The notes under the pieces: generated by a model
What the model was told of the DNA's origin: nothing
Database searches by the model: none
The model's input: only the letters and a program-made list of their open reading frames with translations
Shown: positions 33,888-44,756 of the stretch, piece after piece
Numbering within the stretch: the stretch's first letter is position 1
Layout: each line of letters opens with the position of its first letter
Position numbers and translations under genes: made by a program
Source: an alpha proteobacterium MED-G09
Lineage (GTDB): Bacteria > Pseudomonadota > Alphaproteobacteria > MED-G09
Assembly (NCBI GenBank): GCA_905182015.1
Contig: CAJIZT010000005.1
Span: 4,312-68,311, forward strand
Length of the DNA stretch: 64,000 bases
Reading direction: 5' to 3'

Positions 33888-35084
33888 CTATAAATTTAAC
33901 AAAAGGCGTTGAGGGGATTCAAGCTGTTCTTTAATTGAAACAAGAAAAGAAACAGCATCTTTTCCATCCAATAAGCGATGGTCGTAGCTTAAGGCTAGGT
34001 ACATCATTGGTCTTATTTCCATCTTCCCATCAATTACAACTACTCGATCTTGAATTGTGTGCATTCCAAGTATTGCTGTTTGAGGTGCATTTAAAATTGG
34101 AGTCGACAGCAAGGAGCCAAATACCCCCCCGTTCGAGATAGTGAATGTTCCGCCTCTCATATCTTCAATTGACAGCTTTCCTTCTTTTGCTTTGTTTGAG
34201 TATTCTAAAATAGATTTTTCTATATCAGGAAGAGCCATCATATCGGCGTCCCTAATTACCGGAACAACCAAACCCCGGTCAGTTGAAACCGCAACGCTAA
34301 TATCTTGATAGCCGTGATAAACAACATCGTTTTCTTCGAGCGAAGCATTGGCAACTGGAAATTTTTTAAGCGCATTAACAGAGGCTATGACAAAAAACCC
34401 CATAAAACCTAGCTTTAAGCCATGCTCAGACTCGAACTCAGTGCCATATTTTTTTCTTAAATCCTTTATTGGACTCATGTCAACTTCATTAAATGTTGTT
34501 AGCATTGCTGTTTCTTGTGTAACCGAAAGAAGCCTTTTTGCTATTGTCGATCTCATTCTTGACATAGGGACTCTTTCTTCGTCTCTACCGGACAGCTCTT
34601 CAGGTAATATTACTCTGGAGGGGGAGGGTTTAATAGGTTTACTGTTTAAATCTTCTATGTGGTTTTTAATATCGACTTTTGTAATTCTACCACCCTTTCC
34701 TGATCCGGCTATATCTCTTGAATCAAGATTGTTCTCATTGAGCATTCTCCTTACAGCTGGACCATGGCTTTGAGTAGAATCACTCGTTTGTTCTGAGCGA
34801 TCTTCATCTGAATTAATTGTTTGATTATTTTCTTTGGCTATTTTTGAAGATTCTTCAATCTCAGCGATTAATTCTCCACTTAAAATTATTTCTCCTTCAG
34901 CCCTAATAATTTTAGAAATTTTACCATTGATTGGAGACAGGACTTCTAGAACAATTTTATCAGTTTCAATTTCAGCAATAAGCTCATCTTGCCGAACACT
35001 CTGTCCTTCTTTTTTAACCCAATTTGCTATAGTTCCGTCAGCTACTGACTCTGGGTATGTTGGTGATTTAATTTCTACAACCAT
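33888..35084 (-). CDS. sucB: 2-oxoglutarate dehydrogenase E2, dihydrolipoamide succinyltransferase
   Basis: 398 aa; lipoyl site [10 protein letters not shown]; catalytic DHRLLDG; downstream of sucA. Confidence 0.92.
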   Translation of the reverse strand: MVVEIKSPTYPESVADGTIANWVKKEGQSVRQDELIAEIETDKIVLEVLSPINGKISKIIRAEGEIILSGELIAEIEESSKIAKENNQTINSDEDRSEQTSDSTQSHGPAVRRMLNENNLDSRDIAGSGKGGRITKVDIKNHIEDLNSKPIKPSPSRVILPEELSGRDEERVPMSRMRSTIAKRLLSVTQETAMLTTFNEVDMSPIKDLRKKYGTEFESEHGLKLGFMGFFVIASVNALKKFPVANASLEENDVVYHGYQDISVAVSTDRGLVVPVIRDADMMALPDIEKSILEYSNKAKEGKLSIEDMRGGTFTISNGGVFGSLLSTPILNAPQTAILGMHTIQDRVVVIDGKMEIRPMMYLALSYDHRLLDGKDAVSFLVSIKEQLESPQRLLLNL

Positions 35085-35095
35085 TATTTCTTCCT

Positions 35096-37903
35096 TTAAG
35101 ATTTTAGAGCCTCCTTAACCAAAGCCTCTTGTTGTAATTTATGTAATTTATTTAAACCAACCGCTGGTGCTGAAGCAGATGGCCTACTAACTAGTCTAAT
35201 TTGATTCGAACAAAAACGATCTAATACTCTTTGAAACCTATGTCGGTGACTAAACCAAACACCTTGGTTGGCTGGCTCTTCCTGACACCATACAAAATCT
35301 TCTACATTTGGATATTTTTTTAGTGATTTCTCTAAATCGTTGTAAGGAAATGAATATAATTGTTCTATACGAAGTAATGCAATATCATCTAATTTTAATT
35401 CATTTCTTTTTTTATCTAAATCGTAAAAAACCTTTCCAGAACAAAGTATTACCTTCTTTATTTTATTATACTCTAAATTTTCATCCTCAATAATTGTTTT
35501 GAATTTTCCATTTATTAGATCATCGATAGAAGATGTAGCTGCTGGGTTTCTTAACAAACTTTTAGGTGAAATAACAATAAGTGGCCTTCTCATTTTTCTT
35601 ATAGTTTGAAGTCTAAGTAGGTGATAAATTTGAGAGGGCGTACTTGGAATGCAAACTTGAATATTGTCATGTGCGCATAACTGGAGATATCTTTCTAACC
35701 TTGCACTACTGTGCTCTGGACCTTGACCTTCGTAACCGTGAGGAAGAAGCATTACCAATCCAGAAAGACGATCCCACTTATGCTCTGCTGACACTATAAA
35801 CTGATCTATAACAACCTGAGCGCCATTGGCAAAGTCTCCAAATTGAGCTTCCCATAAAACCAAACCAGTTGGCCAGGTTGTAGAGTATCCGTACTCAAAA
35901 CCTAAAACCGCTTCCTCAGAAAGAAGGGAATCGTAAAGATCTATTTTTGTATTATTTTTATTAGCTATATCAACCAGAGCTATATGTTCGTCTCCAGTTT
36001 TTTGATCATGAAGAGTTGAATGCCTGTGAGCAAAAGTTCCTCTTCTTACATCTTGGCCGGTAAAACGAATTGGATAACTCTCGCTTAGAAGAGTTGCATA
36101 AGCCATATTTTCGGCATAACCCCAGTTTACAGGCATATCACCTGAACCCATTTTTTTTCTATCTTCCAGAACCTTTGTAACTTGTTTTTGCAATTCAAAA
36201 CGTTCTGGCGAACTACAAATTAAGTTACCAAGCTCTTTAAATCTCTCTTCATCAAATGTTGTATCAGTTTTTTCATCCCACTTTCTATTTAAATAAGGGG
36301 ACCAATCAAACCACTTATCCTCATTACCTTTTGCTAAATTATCGGTAACCGACTCTCCTTTTTCTAAAGAAACTCTATATTCTTTTTGATGGTCTTGACA
36401 CTCTCTTAAAGTGATAATGTCTTGGCTTATAAGCTTTTCTTGATATTGATCTTTGACTGATTTATGTGTGTTGATTTTTTTATACATTAAGGGTTGTGTT
36501 ACAGAAGGCTCGTCAGCTTCATTATGACCTCGACGTCTAAAGCAAAACATATCGATTATTATATCTTTTTTAAAAGTATACCTGTACTCACATGCGAGTT
36601 TAGCTGCAAAAACAACCATCTCTGGATCATCTCCGTTTACATGGAGAATAGGGCACTCAATCATTTTTGCTACATCTGTTGCATAAGGTGTAGATCTTGC
36701 ATCTTTTTCATTTGAGGTGGTAAAGCCTATTTGATTATTGACAATAATGTGTATGGTGCCACCAACTCCATAACCTCTAGTTTGAGACATTTGAAGGGTT
36801 TCCATTACAACTCCCTGACCTGAAAAGGATGCATCTCCATGAATCAATATAGGAATTACTAAATCTTGCTGAAGATCCTTCACTCTTTCTTGTCTAGCCC
36901 TAACGGAACCCTCTACCACAGGATTAACAATTTCTAAATGAGATGGGTTATTGTTTAGTGATACATGAACTTCTCCGTTAGGGGTGAGGATATTTGAAGA
37001 AAAACCTAGGTGATACTTTACATCTCCTGTACTAGCTCCCTCTAATTCAAAATCTTCTTCAAACTCAGAAAACAGTTCTTTAGGTGATTTTCCAAGAACA
37101 TTAACCAAAAGGTTTAATCGTCCTCTGTGGGCCATTCCTAAACAAATCTGTTCCGCACCAAAAATACTACAATTTTGTATTAGGCTATCAACAAGAGGGA
37201 TTAAAGATTCCGCCCCCTCACTTCCGAATCTTTTCATTCCAGGGTAACGAGTAGATAAGAATTTTGCCAATCCTTCAGTAGAGTTTAGTCTTTTGAGTAA
37301 GTGAATTTTTTCTTCTTTATTGAAATAAACATTGCCTAAATTTGGCTCTAATCTATCTTGGAACCATAGTCTTTCTCGGGTATTTGTAATGTAATTGTAT
37401 TCGACACCCAAGGTTCCGCAATAGATTTTTTTTAATGAACCCAGTATTCCCGAGAGAGTTTCTTCATCGCTATTAATTTTTAATGTATCAGTCTGAAATG
37501 TTTTATTTAAATCAGATTGATCTAATCCATGAAATTCGAGGTCTAAATCGTCACATTGCTCTGAAGTTTTTAAGCCAAGGGGGTCAAGGTTCGCCCTTTT
37601 ATGACCTCTGTTTCTATATGCTTGTATTAATTGTATTACTCTGATTTGCTTATCATCACCTACAATCCTTTTCTCATAGGATCTCGTTCTTTTTTGGCTT
37701 TTAAAGCGTTGAATAATTTCTTTATGAGAGATCTCCCTCGAATTCTCTGGAACTACGGGTAATGTATTGAAGTAAATTTTCCAATCCTCAGGAACGGAAT
37801 TCGGATCCTCTTGGTATGATTCGTAAAGAGATTCTATATATGGCGCGCTTTCATCTGATGTGTTTAACGCAGACGAGAAGTCATCTTTATTTTTCATTTT
37901 CAT
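35096..37903 (-). CDS. sucA: 2-oxoglutarate dehydrogenase E1 component
   Basis: 935 aa; ThDP-dependent E1o family; adjacent to sucB. Confidence 0.92.
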   Translation of the reverse strand: MKMKNKDDFSSALNTSDESAPYIESLYESYQEDPNSVPEDWKIYFNTLPVVPENSREISHKEIIQRFKSQKRTRSYEKRIVGDDKQIRVIQLIQAYRNRGHKRANLDPLGLKTSEQCDDLDLEFHGLDQSDLNKTFQTDTLKINSDEETLSGILGSLKKIYCGTLGVEYNYITNTRERLWFQDRLEPNLGNVYFNKEEKIHLLKRLNSTEGLAKFLSTRYPGMKRFGSEGAESLIPLVDSLIQNCSIFGAEQICLGMAHRGRLNLLVNVLGKSPKELFSEFEEDFELEGASTGDVKYHLGFSSNILTPNGEVHVSLNNNPSHLEIVNPVVEGSVRARQERVKDLQQDLVIPILIHGDASFSGQGVVMETLQMSQTRGYGVGGTIHIIVNNQIGFTTSNEKDARSTPYATDVAKMIECPILHVNGDDPEMVVFAAKLACEYRYTFKKDIIIDMFCFRRRGHNEADEPSVTQPLMYKKINTHKSVKDQYQEKLISQDIITLRECQDHQKEYRVSLEKGESVTDNLAKGNEDKWFDWSPYLNRKWDEKTDTTFDEERFKELGNLICSSPERFELQKQVTKVLEDRKKMGSGDMPVNWGYAENMAYATLLSESYPIRFTGQDVRRGTFAHRHSTLHDQKTGDEHIALVDIANKNNTKIDLYDSLLSEEAVLGFEYGYSTTWPTGLVLWEAQFGDFANGAQVVIDQFIVSAEHKWDRLSGLVMLLPHGYEGQGPEHSSARLERYLQLCAHDNIQVCIPSTPSQIYHLLRLQTIRKMRRPLIVISPKSLLRNPAATSSIDDLINGKFKTIIEDENLEYNKIKKVILCSGKVFYDLDKKRNELKLDDIALLRIEQLYSFPYNDLEKSLKKYPNVEDFVWCQEEPANQGVWFSHRHRFQRVLDRFCSNQIRLVSRPSASAPAVGLNKLHKLQQEALVKEALKS

Positions 37904-38119
37904 TCCTTGGAACTAAAACAAGTTAAAGTTATTTTTAGTTACTCTGTAAGCTAGATGAAACTTATTCTCAAATGAAAATTAAATTTCAAAAAAAATGTTA
38001 TTAGTTAATAAAAATATATACAAAATAATTCCCAATCTCTAATCTTTTTTATGGATAGTCCTTATAGTTAGTTGTGGTTAGATTTAAGCTGAGTTTTTAT
38101 CGTTTAGTATATAATATAA

Positions 38120-39943
38120 TTATAGATTTTGTTCTTCCAGCCACTTATTTTCTTTTATTTCTAAGTCTTTTTGAGTTTTATTATGTTTTTCTAGAATCTT
38201 ACCCATAAGGGCTGAGTTTTTTATTGCCTCTGGTGAAATCATTTCTGATTCAATTTCAGATAACTTCATGGTTAACTTTTTTATATCTCTTTCAAGTCCA
38301 ATTGCTAATTTATCGTTTTTTAATTTTTTTTCACCTTTTTCAGATTTCTTCTTCTTTTTTTCTTTTGCTCTTTCATCACGCCTTTGATCAATTATAAGCT
38401 TACGATAAGCTATTAAATCATCATTATACGAAGTTACTGCACCATCCTTGATAAGTAAAAGCTCGTCTGCAACAGCCTCTACAAGGTGAGGATCATGGCT
38501 TACGATAATTATACATCCATTATAGTTATTTAATGCATTAATTAGAGCTGCTCTTGCATCAATATCGAGATGGTTTGTTGGTTCATCAAGAAGCATTATG
38601 TGAGGGGCATCATAGCTCATTAAGCAAAAAAGTAATCTAGATTTCTCGCCGCCCGACAGCTCTGCAACCTTTGTATCAGACTTACCTTTATCAAACCCAA
38701 ACTTCCCTAGTATTGCCCTGACCTTATGATCCGGGTAGTCACGAACAATACTTCTCAAGGTATCAAATGGGGTTGATTCTATATCCAATTCATCGGTTTG
38801 ATGTTGTGCAAAATAACCGACTCTAAGTTTTTTGTTTTTATCGATAGAGCCATTTAACTGTTTTAGTTTTCCTGAGATTAATTTTATTAGTGTAGACTTC
38901 CCGTTTCCATTTGCGCCAAGCAAAGCAATCCTGCTATCATTAGTGATGCTTAGGTTAACCTTCTTTAAGACAGGCTTGTCTATCTCATAACCAACATCCG
39001 CTTTTTCAATTGTAATGATTGGTGAAGGAATATTTTCTGGTTCGGGAAACTTAAAACTAGTTGATCTTTCCGAAATCAAAGCGTCAACCATATCCATTCT
39101 TTCTATGGCCTTGAGACGACTCTGTGATTGCTTTGCTTTGCTTGCTTTTGCTCCAAAGCGATTCACAAATTCCATCATTTTCTTTTTATGGGCTTGTTGT
39201 TTTTCAAATAACGCTTGATGCCCCATCCTTTTTTGAGCATGAGTAGATTCGAACTGATCGTAATTTCCTGTATACATTGATAGCTTCAACTGGTCTAAAT
39301 GAATCACATGATTGACCGTCTTATTTAATGTTTCTCGGTCATGACTTATCAATATGTAAGTCTTTGGATATTTAACCAAATACTCTTCAAGCCAAATAAT
39401 AGCTTCAAAATCTAGATGATTAGTGGGCTCATCTAAGAGCAAAAGATCTGGTTCACAAAATAAGGCTGCTGCCAAAGCAACACGCATTTTCCAGCCACCG
39501 GAAAAGTTACTAATAGGTTGGCTTTGGTCTGCTACACTAAACCCAAGGCCGGATAGAATAATAGATGCTTTGGACGGTGCTTCATAAGCATGGATATCAC
39601 TAAGTCTAGTATAAATATCTGAAATCCTATCAGGATCTGTAGCTGATTCAGCCTCGTTAAGAAGTTCTGTTCTCTCAGTATCAGCCTCTAAAACAACATC
39701 AAGTAGACTGGTATCATCATTTTTCAGATCTTGTTTCACCACTCCAATAGTAATTCCTGAGTTGGTAATGATATCGCCAGCATCTAATTCTATTTCTTTA
39801 TTGATTAATTTAAATAAAGTTGATTTACCAGTACCATTTTGACCAACAAGACCCACGTGATGTCCTTCAGGAATTGCCACAGATGATTTATCAATGAGTG
39901 TTCTTCCAGCTATTCGGTAGGTAATATTTTTAAATTCTATCAT
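38120..39943 (-). CDS. ABC-F family ATPase (Uup/YheS-like, two tandem ABC domains, no TMD)
   Basis: 607 aa; two Walker A (GQNGTGKST, GANGNGKST), two LSGGE signatures; K-rich coiled-coil C-terminus. Confidence 0.85.
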   Translation of the reverse strand: MIEFKNITYRIAGRTLIDKSSVAIPEGHHVGLVGQNGTGKSTLFKLINKEIELDAGDIITNSGITIGVVKQDLKNDDTSLLDVVLEADTERTELLNEAESATDPDRISDIYTRLSDIHAYEAPSKASIILSGLGFSVADQSQPISNFSGGWKMRVALAAALFCEPDLLLLDEPTNHLDFEAIIWLEEYLVKYPKTYILISHDRETLNKTVNHVIHLDQLKLSMYTGNYDQFESTHAQKRMGHQALFEKQQAHKKKMMEFVNRFGAKASKAKQSQSRLKAIERMDMVDALISERSTSFKFPEPENIPSPIITIEKADVGYEIDKPVLKKVNLSITNDSRIALLGANGNGKSTLIKLISGKLKQLNGSIDKNKKLRVGYFAQHQTDELDIESTPFDTLRSIVRDYPDHKVRAILGKFGFDKGKSDTKVAELSGGEKSRLLFCLMSYDAPHIMLLDEPTNHLDIDARAALINALNNYNGCIIIVSHDPHLVEAVADELLLIKDGAVTSYNDDLIAYRKLIIDQRRDERAKEKKKKKSEKGEKKLKNDKLAIGLERDIKKLTMKLSEIESEMISPEAIKNSALMGKILEKHNKTQKDLEIKENKWLEEQNL

Positions 39944-39991
39944 GATTATGTTGCTTGAAGTTAATTTACTATTAAGGAGTCTTTTTAGTTA

Positions 39992-40065
39992 TGGAGGCCA
40001 CTGCCAGATTCGAACTGGCGTCCACGGCTTTGCAGGCCGCTGCGTAACCACTCCGCCAAGTGGCC
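39992..40065 (-). tRNA. tRNA-Cys (anticodon GCA)
   Basis: Reverse complement GGCCACU...AGUGGCC-U-CCA; anticodon stem CGGC/GCCG with loop CU-GCA-AA; T-arm GGTTCGAATCC. Confidence 0.85.
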
Positions 40066-40248
40066 ATCATAACATTCTCTTTTCATATTAGATTTGTATC
40101 ATATTTGTCCAGTCTTCTATTTTTATAAAGTAATATTAAATATTACTTATTTACTATTTATTTACAAAATTCTTGAATTAAAGATCAATATCTTCTATTT
40201 AAATAAAAAGTGACGTATGCGTCATTTTTAATTAATCTGAGGTATTTT

Positions 40249-41613
40249 ATGAGAAATTTCTTTTCTAAGTCTTGTCTTGCCGGCTTACTATTTTTTCCTT
40301 TATCGCTAATCGCCGATAATCTTGAGGAGGCTTTGTCACTTGCTTATTCAAATAACCCCACAATAAAAGCCGAGAGATCGAACCTAAGGTCATTGGATGA
40401 AATGGTCTCTTCTGCCTCTTCAATGCTTTATCCTAGTATAAATATTTCATCCTCCTACGGAGAGTCATCCATTAATTATGGTGATATAGATGAGCTCACG
40501 TTTCACCCTCAAATCTCTTCAATCGAAGCAAAACAAATATTATTTTCAGGCGGTAGGTTAATAAATAATCGGCTTAAAGCAGTAAACGCTGTTAAGGCGG
40601 GCAGGGCTAATTTAAGAATAATAGAACAAGACACCTTATTTGCTGCTGCAGATGTATTTTTCAGTGTTTTAAAAAGCCAAAAAATTGTTGAATTAATGAA
40701 AAGTAACTTTGACATTTTATCTGAAAGACTAATAGTTACTAAAATTCAATTTGAAGTTGGTGAACTAACTTTAACTGACGTTGCGCAGTCTGAAGCAAGA
40801 CTTGCGTTAGCCCAAGCAAACTTATCAGAATCAAGGTCCAATCTTGAAATAAGTAAGGCAAATTATAAAGCAATCATAGGCACTGAACCTAATAATTTGT
40901 CTGACTATAATAGGCCAATTATTTTACCTGAGTCAGCCGATGATGCAACCTTAATTGCCCAAGATAATAGCCCTTTTCTTAAATTTGCAGAAAGAAAAGA
41001 AAAGTCCTCCAGGTATGGATTGGCTTCAACAAAATCTATGCTATCTCCTGTTTTTAGCATTCAGGGAGAGTATTCTTATTCAAAAGAGGTTTTTCTCAGA
41101 AAGGACGATAGTGACTCCTATCAAGTTACAGGATCAGTCAGCATGCCAATTTTTACTGGAGGTTTAAATTGGTCTAATATTAGAAAAGCTCAAGAAATTA
41201 ATAATAGAGACCAATACCTTTTGGTGGAATCTAGAAGGCGCTTAAAGCAGAAGGTTAAAACGGCCTTTTCACAATACACCGCATCGCTATCAAAAATAGA
41301 ATCTACTAAAAAGCAAGTCGAGGCTAATAAAATTGCCCTTGAAGGTGTTAAGATCGAGTTCGAGTTGGGAACTAGAACAAATTTAGACGTTCTGGATGCC
41401 GAAAGAGAGTATCTTGATGCTCAGGTAGCCTTGGTAAGTTCAAAAAATAGCTCTATGTTGTCCCAGTTTTTTATTTTATTAAGTATTGGCGATTTAACCC
41501 CTAAAAAACTTTCTCTCCCTGTTGAGATTTATAATCCTTTAGAAAACTACAATGACGTTAAAAATATTAAAATTGGATGGAAAAGATTTAAAGACATTAA
41601 AAATGTTAATTGA
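40249..41613 (+). CDS. TolC-family outer-membrane efflux protein
   Basis: Two OEP repeats; signal peptide MRNFFSKSCLAGLLFFPLSLIA. The ORF track starts at a GTG at 40210; the ATG at 40249 with CTGAGG SD is more plausible. Confidence 0.8.
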   Translation: MRNFFSKSCLAGLLFFPLSLIADNLEEALSLAYSNNPTIKAERSNLRSLDEMVSSASSMLYPSINISSSYGESSINYGDIDELTFHPQISSIEAKQILFSGGRLINNRLKAVNAVKAGRANLRIIEQDTLFAAADVFFSVLKSQKIVELMKSNFDILSERLIVTKIQFEVGELTLTDVAQSEARLALAQANLSESRSNLEISKANYKAIIGTEPNNLSDYNRPIILPESADDATLIAQDNSPFLKFAERKEKSSRYGLASTKSMLSPVFSIQGEYSYSKEVFLRKDDSDSYQVTGSVSMPIFTGGLNWSNIRKAQEINNRDQYLLVESRRRLKQKVKTAFSQYTASLSKIESTKKQVEANKIALEGVKIEFELGTRTNLDVLDAEREYLDAQVALVSSKNSSMLSQFFILLSIGDLTPKKLSLPVEIYNPLENYNDVKNIKIGWKRFKDIKNVN

Positions 41614-41647
41614 TATATAGATACTATCTTGTAAGGTATATTTTATT

Positions 41648-42100
41648 ATGGTGTCTGAAGAAAAAAATCAAGAAATGTCTGTTGATGAAATCCTTTCTTC
41701 TATAAAGGAGGTAATATCAAATGAGACAGCTTCAATAACCGATAATTCTGATAATGAAATTCTTGAGTTAACAGATGTTGTCTCTGGTGAGGATGATTCA
41801 ATTTTATTGGATGATATTGTTGACAAAAAGGTAATTAATGAAGTTCTAAAAAATGATGATTCAATTTTACTAGACGATGTCGTGGATGACGAGGCAATTA
41901 ACGAAGGTTTAACAGGTGAGGATTTAAGAAAAAATTCAAACCTCGACGGTAGTAATTTTTTATCCGATCTTTCAATAGATAGCATTATAAAAGAAACTGT
42001 TAAAGAAACCCTTAATGAGTGGTTTTCTAAAAATTTAAAACCCATTGTTGAAGAATCTGTTAAAGAAGAAATAGCAAAATTATTTAAAAAACGTAACTAA
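41648..42100 (+). CDS. PopZ-like polar organising protein (DUF2497 C-terminal domain), acidic and repeat-containing
   Basis: 150 aa. N-terminus SVDEILSSIKEVISNE resembles PopZ MEEILASIRRIISED. C-terminus TLNEWFSKNLKPIVEESVKEEIAKLF resembles PopZ LKEWLDENLPRLVETKVEEEVQRI. Lies between tolC and valS. Confidence 0.65.
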   Translation: MVSEEKNQEMSVDEILSSIKEVISNETASITDNSDNEILELTDVVSGEDDSILLDDIVDKKVINEVLKNDDSILLDDVVDDEAINEGLTGEDLRKNSNLDGSNFLSDLSIDSIIKETVKETLNEWFSKNLKPIVEESVKEEIAKLFKKRN

Positions 42101-42101
42101 T

Positions 42102-44756
42102 ATGATTGATACAAAATACAATCCCTCTGAAGCAGAGAAGCGCATTTACAATACCTGGGAATCTAAAGGATTTTTTAAATCTCCACAGGCCAAGGGAGAG
42201 AAATTTTCCATCGTAATGCCCCCACCCAATGTTACCGGAAGCCTACATATGGGGCATGCATTAAATACCACATTACAAGATATAATTGTACGCTATCAAA
42301 GAATGAAGGGCAAAGATGTCCTATGGCAGCCGGGTACCGATCATGCTGGCATTGCAACACAAATGGTTGTCGAAAGAAATCTTCTTAAGGAAAGAGGAAT
42401 TGAACGAAGGGATTTGGGAAGAGATTCTTTCATTGAAGAGATTTGGAAGTGGAAAGAAAAATCTGGGGGTACAATAACTGAACAGTTAAGAAGGTTGGGA
42501 GCATCTTGTGATTGGAGTAGGGAAAGATTTACAATGGATGATGGTTTATCGGATGCTGTTGTTAAGGTTTTCGTTGATCTTTATAATGATAAATTAATTT
42601 ACAAAGACAAGAGATTAGTAAATTGGGATCCCAGGCTAAAAACTGCTATTTCAGATCTCGAGGTTATCCAAAAAGAAACAGAGGGCTTCCTTTGGTATAT
42701 TAAATATGATTTTAAGAATGAACCAAATAAATCAATAACAATAGCTACCACAAGACCTGAAACAATGTTCGGGGATACTGCGATAGCTGTTCATCCAGGA
42801 GATGAAAGATACAAGGGGCTTATTGGGAAAGAAATTATTATACCTATAGTTGGAAGGGCTATACCAATTGTTGAAGATGAATATGCTGATCCTGAGCAAG
42901 GAAGTGGAGCAGTTAAAATAACTCCAGCACACGATTTTAATGATTTTGAAGTCGGTAAAAGAAATAATCTGGAAATGATATCCATTTTTGATGCTAATGG
43001 TTCTTTAAATGAGAATGTTCCCAAAGAGTGGCAGGGTATTGATAGGTTTAAAGCTAGGGATTTACTGCTGGGTAAATTAGAAAAAGACGGATTTTTAGTG
43101 AAGTCCGAGCCTTATTCTCATGCAATTCCTCACGGGGATAGGTCAGATGTTATTATCGAGCCTTACTTAACGGATCAGTGGTATGTGGATGCTAAAACTT
43201 TAGCAATACCTGCTATCAAACATGTTAAGAGCGGTAAGACGAAATTCATTCCTGAAAATTGGTCAAAAACATACTTTGAATGGATGGAGAATATACAGCC
43301 CTGGTGTATTTCAAGACAATTGTGGTGGGGTCATCGTATCCCTGCATGGTATACTGATAATAATGATATTATTGTTGCTATGTCAGAATCAGAAGCCTTA
43401 AAAATAGCTAAAGAAAAATATAGTACTGATAAAATTTCTCGTGATGAGGACGTTCTTGATACATGGTTTTCCTCAGCCTTATGGCCATTTACAACTCTTG
43501 GGTGGCCCAATGATAAAAATGATCTAGAGAGATATTATCCAACTAGCCTTCTGGTAACAGGGTTCGATATTATATTTTTTTGGGTTGCACGTATGATGAT
43601 GATGGGTCTTTACTTTCAGAAGAATATTCCTTTTTCAGAGGTTTATATTCATGCGTTAGTGCGTGATGAAAATGGTCAAAAAATGTCAAAATCAAAGGGT
43701 AATGTAGTTGACCCTCTGGACCTTATTGATAACTTTGGAGCTGATTCCCTTAGGTTTACCCTGGCTTCAATGGCTTCTCAAGGGAGAGATATTAAATTAT
43801 CTCAATCCAGGGTTGAGGGATATAGGAATTTCGGAACTAAACTCTGGAATGCGTCACGGTTTTGTGAATTAAACGACTGTTCTTCTAGTCAGAATATTAA
43901 TTTAGAGAATTTAGAATCCTCTCTAACAAATTGGATTTTGGGAGAGATTATAAAAACTGATAAAAAAATTAATCTTTGCCTGGAGGAGTATAGGTTCAAT
44001 GAAGCTGCTAATGAAATTTATCATTTTGTGTGGCATATTTTTTGTGATTGGTATCTTGAGCTAATCAAGCCATACTTTGAGGTGTCTGACATTGAGCACA
44101 CTGATGAAATTAAAGCTATGACAGCTTTTGCTCTTAAATTTATCCTTACTAAGCTTCATCCATTTATGCCCTTTATAACTGAAGAATTGTGGAATAATAT
44201 AGGGTATAAAAAAACACCCCTAATGCTTAGCGATTGGGATTTAAATTTGCCCGTAAACGAAAAACAAAATCTTTCTTCAAATATAGATTTATTAATTGAA
44301 ATTGTTTCCTCAGTTCGCTCCATAAGATCAGAATTAAACATTCCAGCAAAAGCTAACTTATCTATGGAAGTTATCGAAAATAAATATAAAAAATTAAATG
44401 AAATAGAAAATATTAACTTATTCATTAAAAAACTTGCCAGAATAGATTCTATTTCCAAAATAAAAAATTTTTCGGATAGGGCTGCCTTATTTACTGTTTC
44501 CGAAATTGATTTTTCGCTTGTTATAGATGACTCAATTGACTTATCAATGGAGTTAGTCAGAATAGCAAAAGAGGAAGATAAGATATTGCAGGATATTGAA
44601 TCCTTAAAAAGGAAGCTTGATAATAAAAGCTTTGTTGAAAAAGCCCCTAAGAGCGTTGTTCAGGAAAATATTCAAAGGCTGGAGGACTTATCCTCAAGCC
44701 TAATCAAGGTAAAAGAATCAAAATTATTTATAGGTAAATTTGTTTCCAATGAGTGA
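42102..44756 (+). CDS. valS: Valine--tRNA ligase
   Basis: 884 aa; HMGH and KMSKS motifs; C-terminal coiled-coil. Confidence 0.95.
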   Translation: MIDTKYNPSEAEKRIYNTWESKGFFKSPQAKGEKFSIVMPPPNVTGSLHMGHALNTTLQDIIVRYQRMKGKDVLWQPGTDHAGIATQMVVERNLLKERGIERRDLGRDSFIEEIWKWKEKSGGTITEQLRRLGASCDWSRERFTMDDGLSDAVVKVFVDLYNDKLIYKDKRLVNWDPRLKTAISDLEVIQKETEGFLWYIKYDFKNEPNKSITIATTRPETMFGDTAIAVHPGDERYKGLIGKEIIIPIVGRAIPIVEDEYADPEQGSGAVKITPAHDFNDFEVGKRNNLEMISIFDANGSLNENVPKEWQGIDRFKARDLLLGKLEKDGFLVKSEPYSHAIPHGDRSDVIIEPYLTDQWYVDAKTLAIPAIKHVKSGKTKFIPENWSKTYFEWMENIQPWCISRQLWWGHRIPAWYTDNNDIIVAMSESEALKIAKEKYSTDKISRDEDVLDTWFSSALWPFTTLGWPNDKNDLERYYPTSLLVTGFDIIFFWVARMMMMGLYFQKNIPFSEVYIHALVRDENGQKMSKSKGNVVDPLDLIDNFGADSLRFTLASMASQGRDIKLSQSRVEGYRNFGTKLWNASRFCELNDCSSSQNINLENLESSLTNWILGEIIKTDKKINLCLEEYRFNEAANEIYHFVWHIFCDWYLELIKPYFEVSDIEHTDEIKAMTAFALKFILTKLHPFMPFITEELWNNIGYKKTPLMLSDWDLNLPVNEKQNLSSNIDLLIEIVSSVRSIRSELNIPAKANLSMEVIENKYKKLNEIENINLFIKKLARIDSISKIKNFSDRAALFTVSEIDFSLVIDDSIDLSMELVRIAKEEDKILQDIESLKRKLDNKSFVEKAPKSVVQENIQRLEDLSSSLIKVKESKLFIGKFVSNE

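Noticed and set aside
34348-35118. Plus-strand ORFs 33935-34141, 34348-34773, 34834-35118 antisense to sucB
   Set aside because: Antisense to sucB, which has clear lipoyl and catalytic motifs.
41668-42045. 125-aa minus-strand ORF antisense to the PopZ-like gene
   Set aside because: Mirror of the acidic repeat region; the + strand product has recognisable PopZ termini, the antisense one has none.
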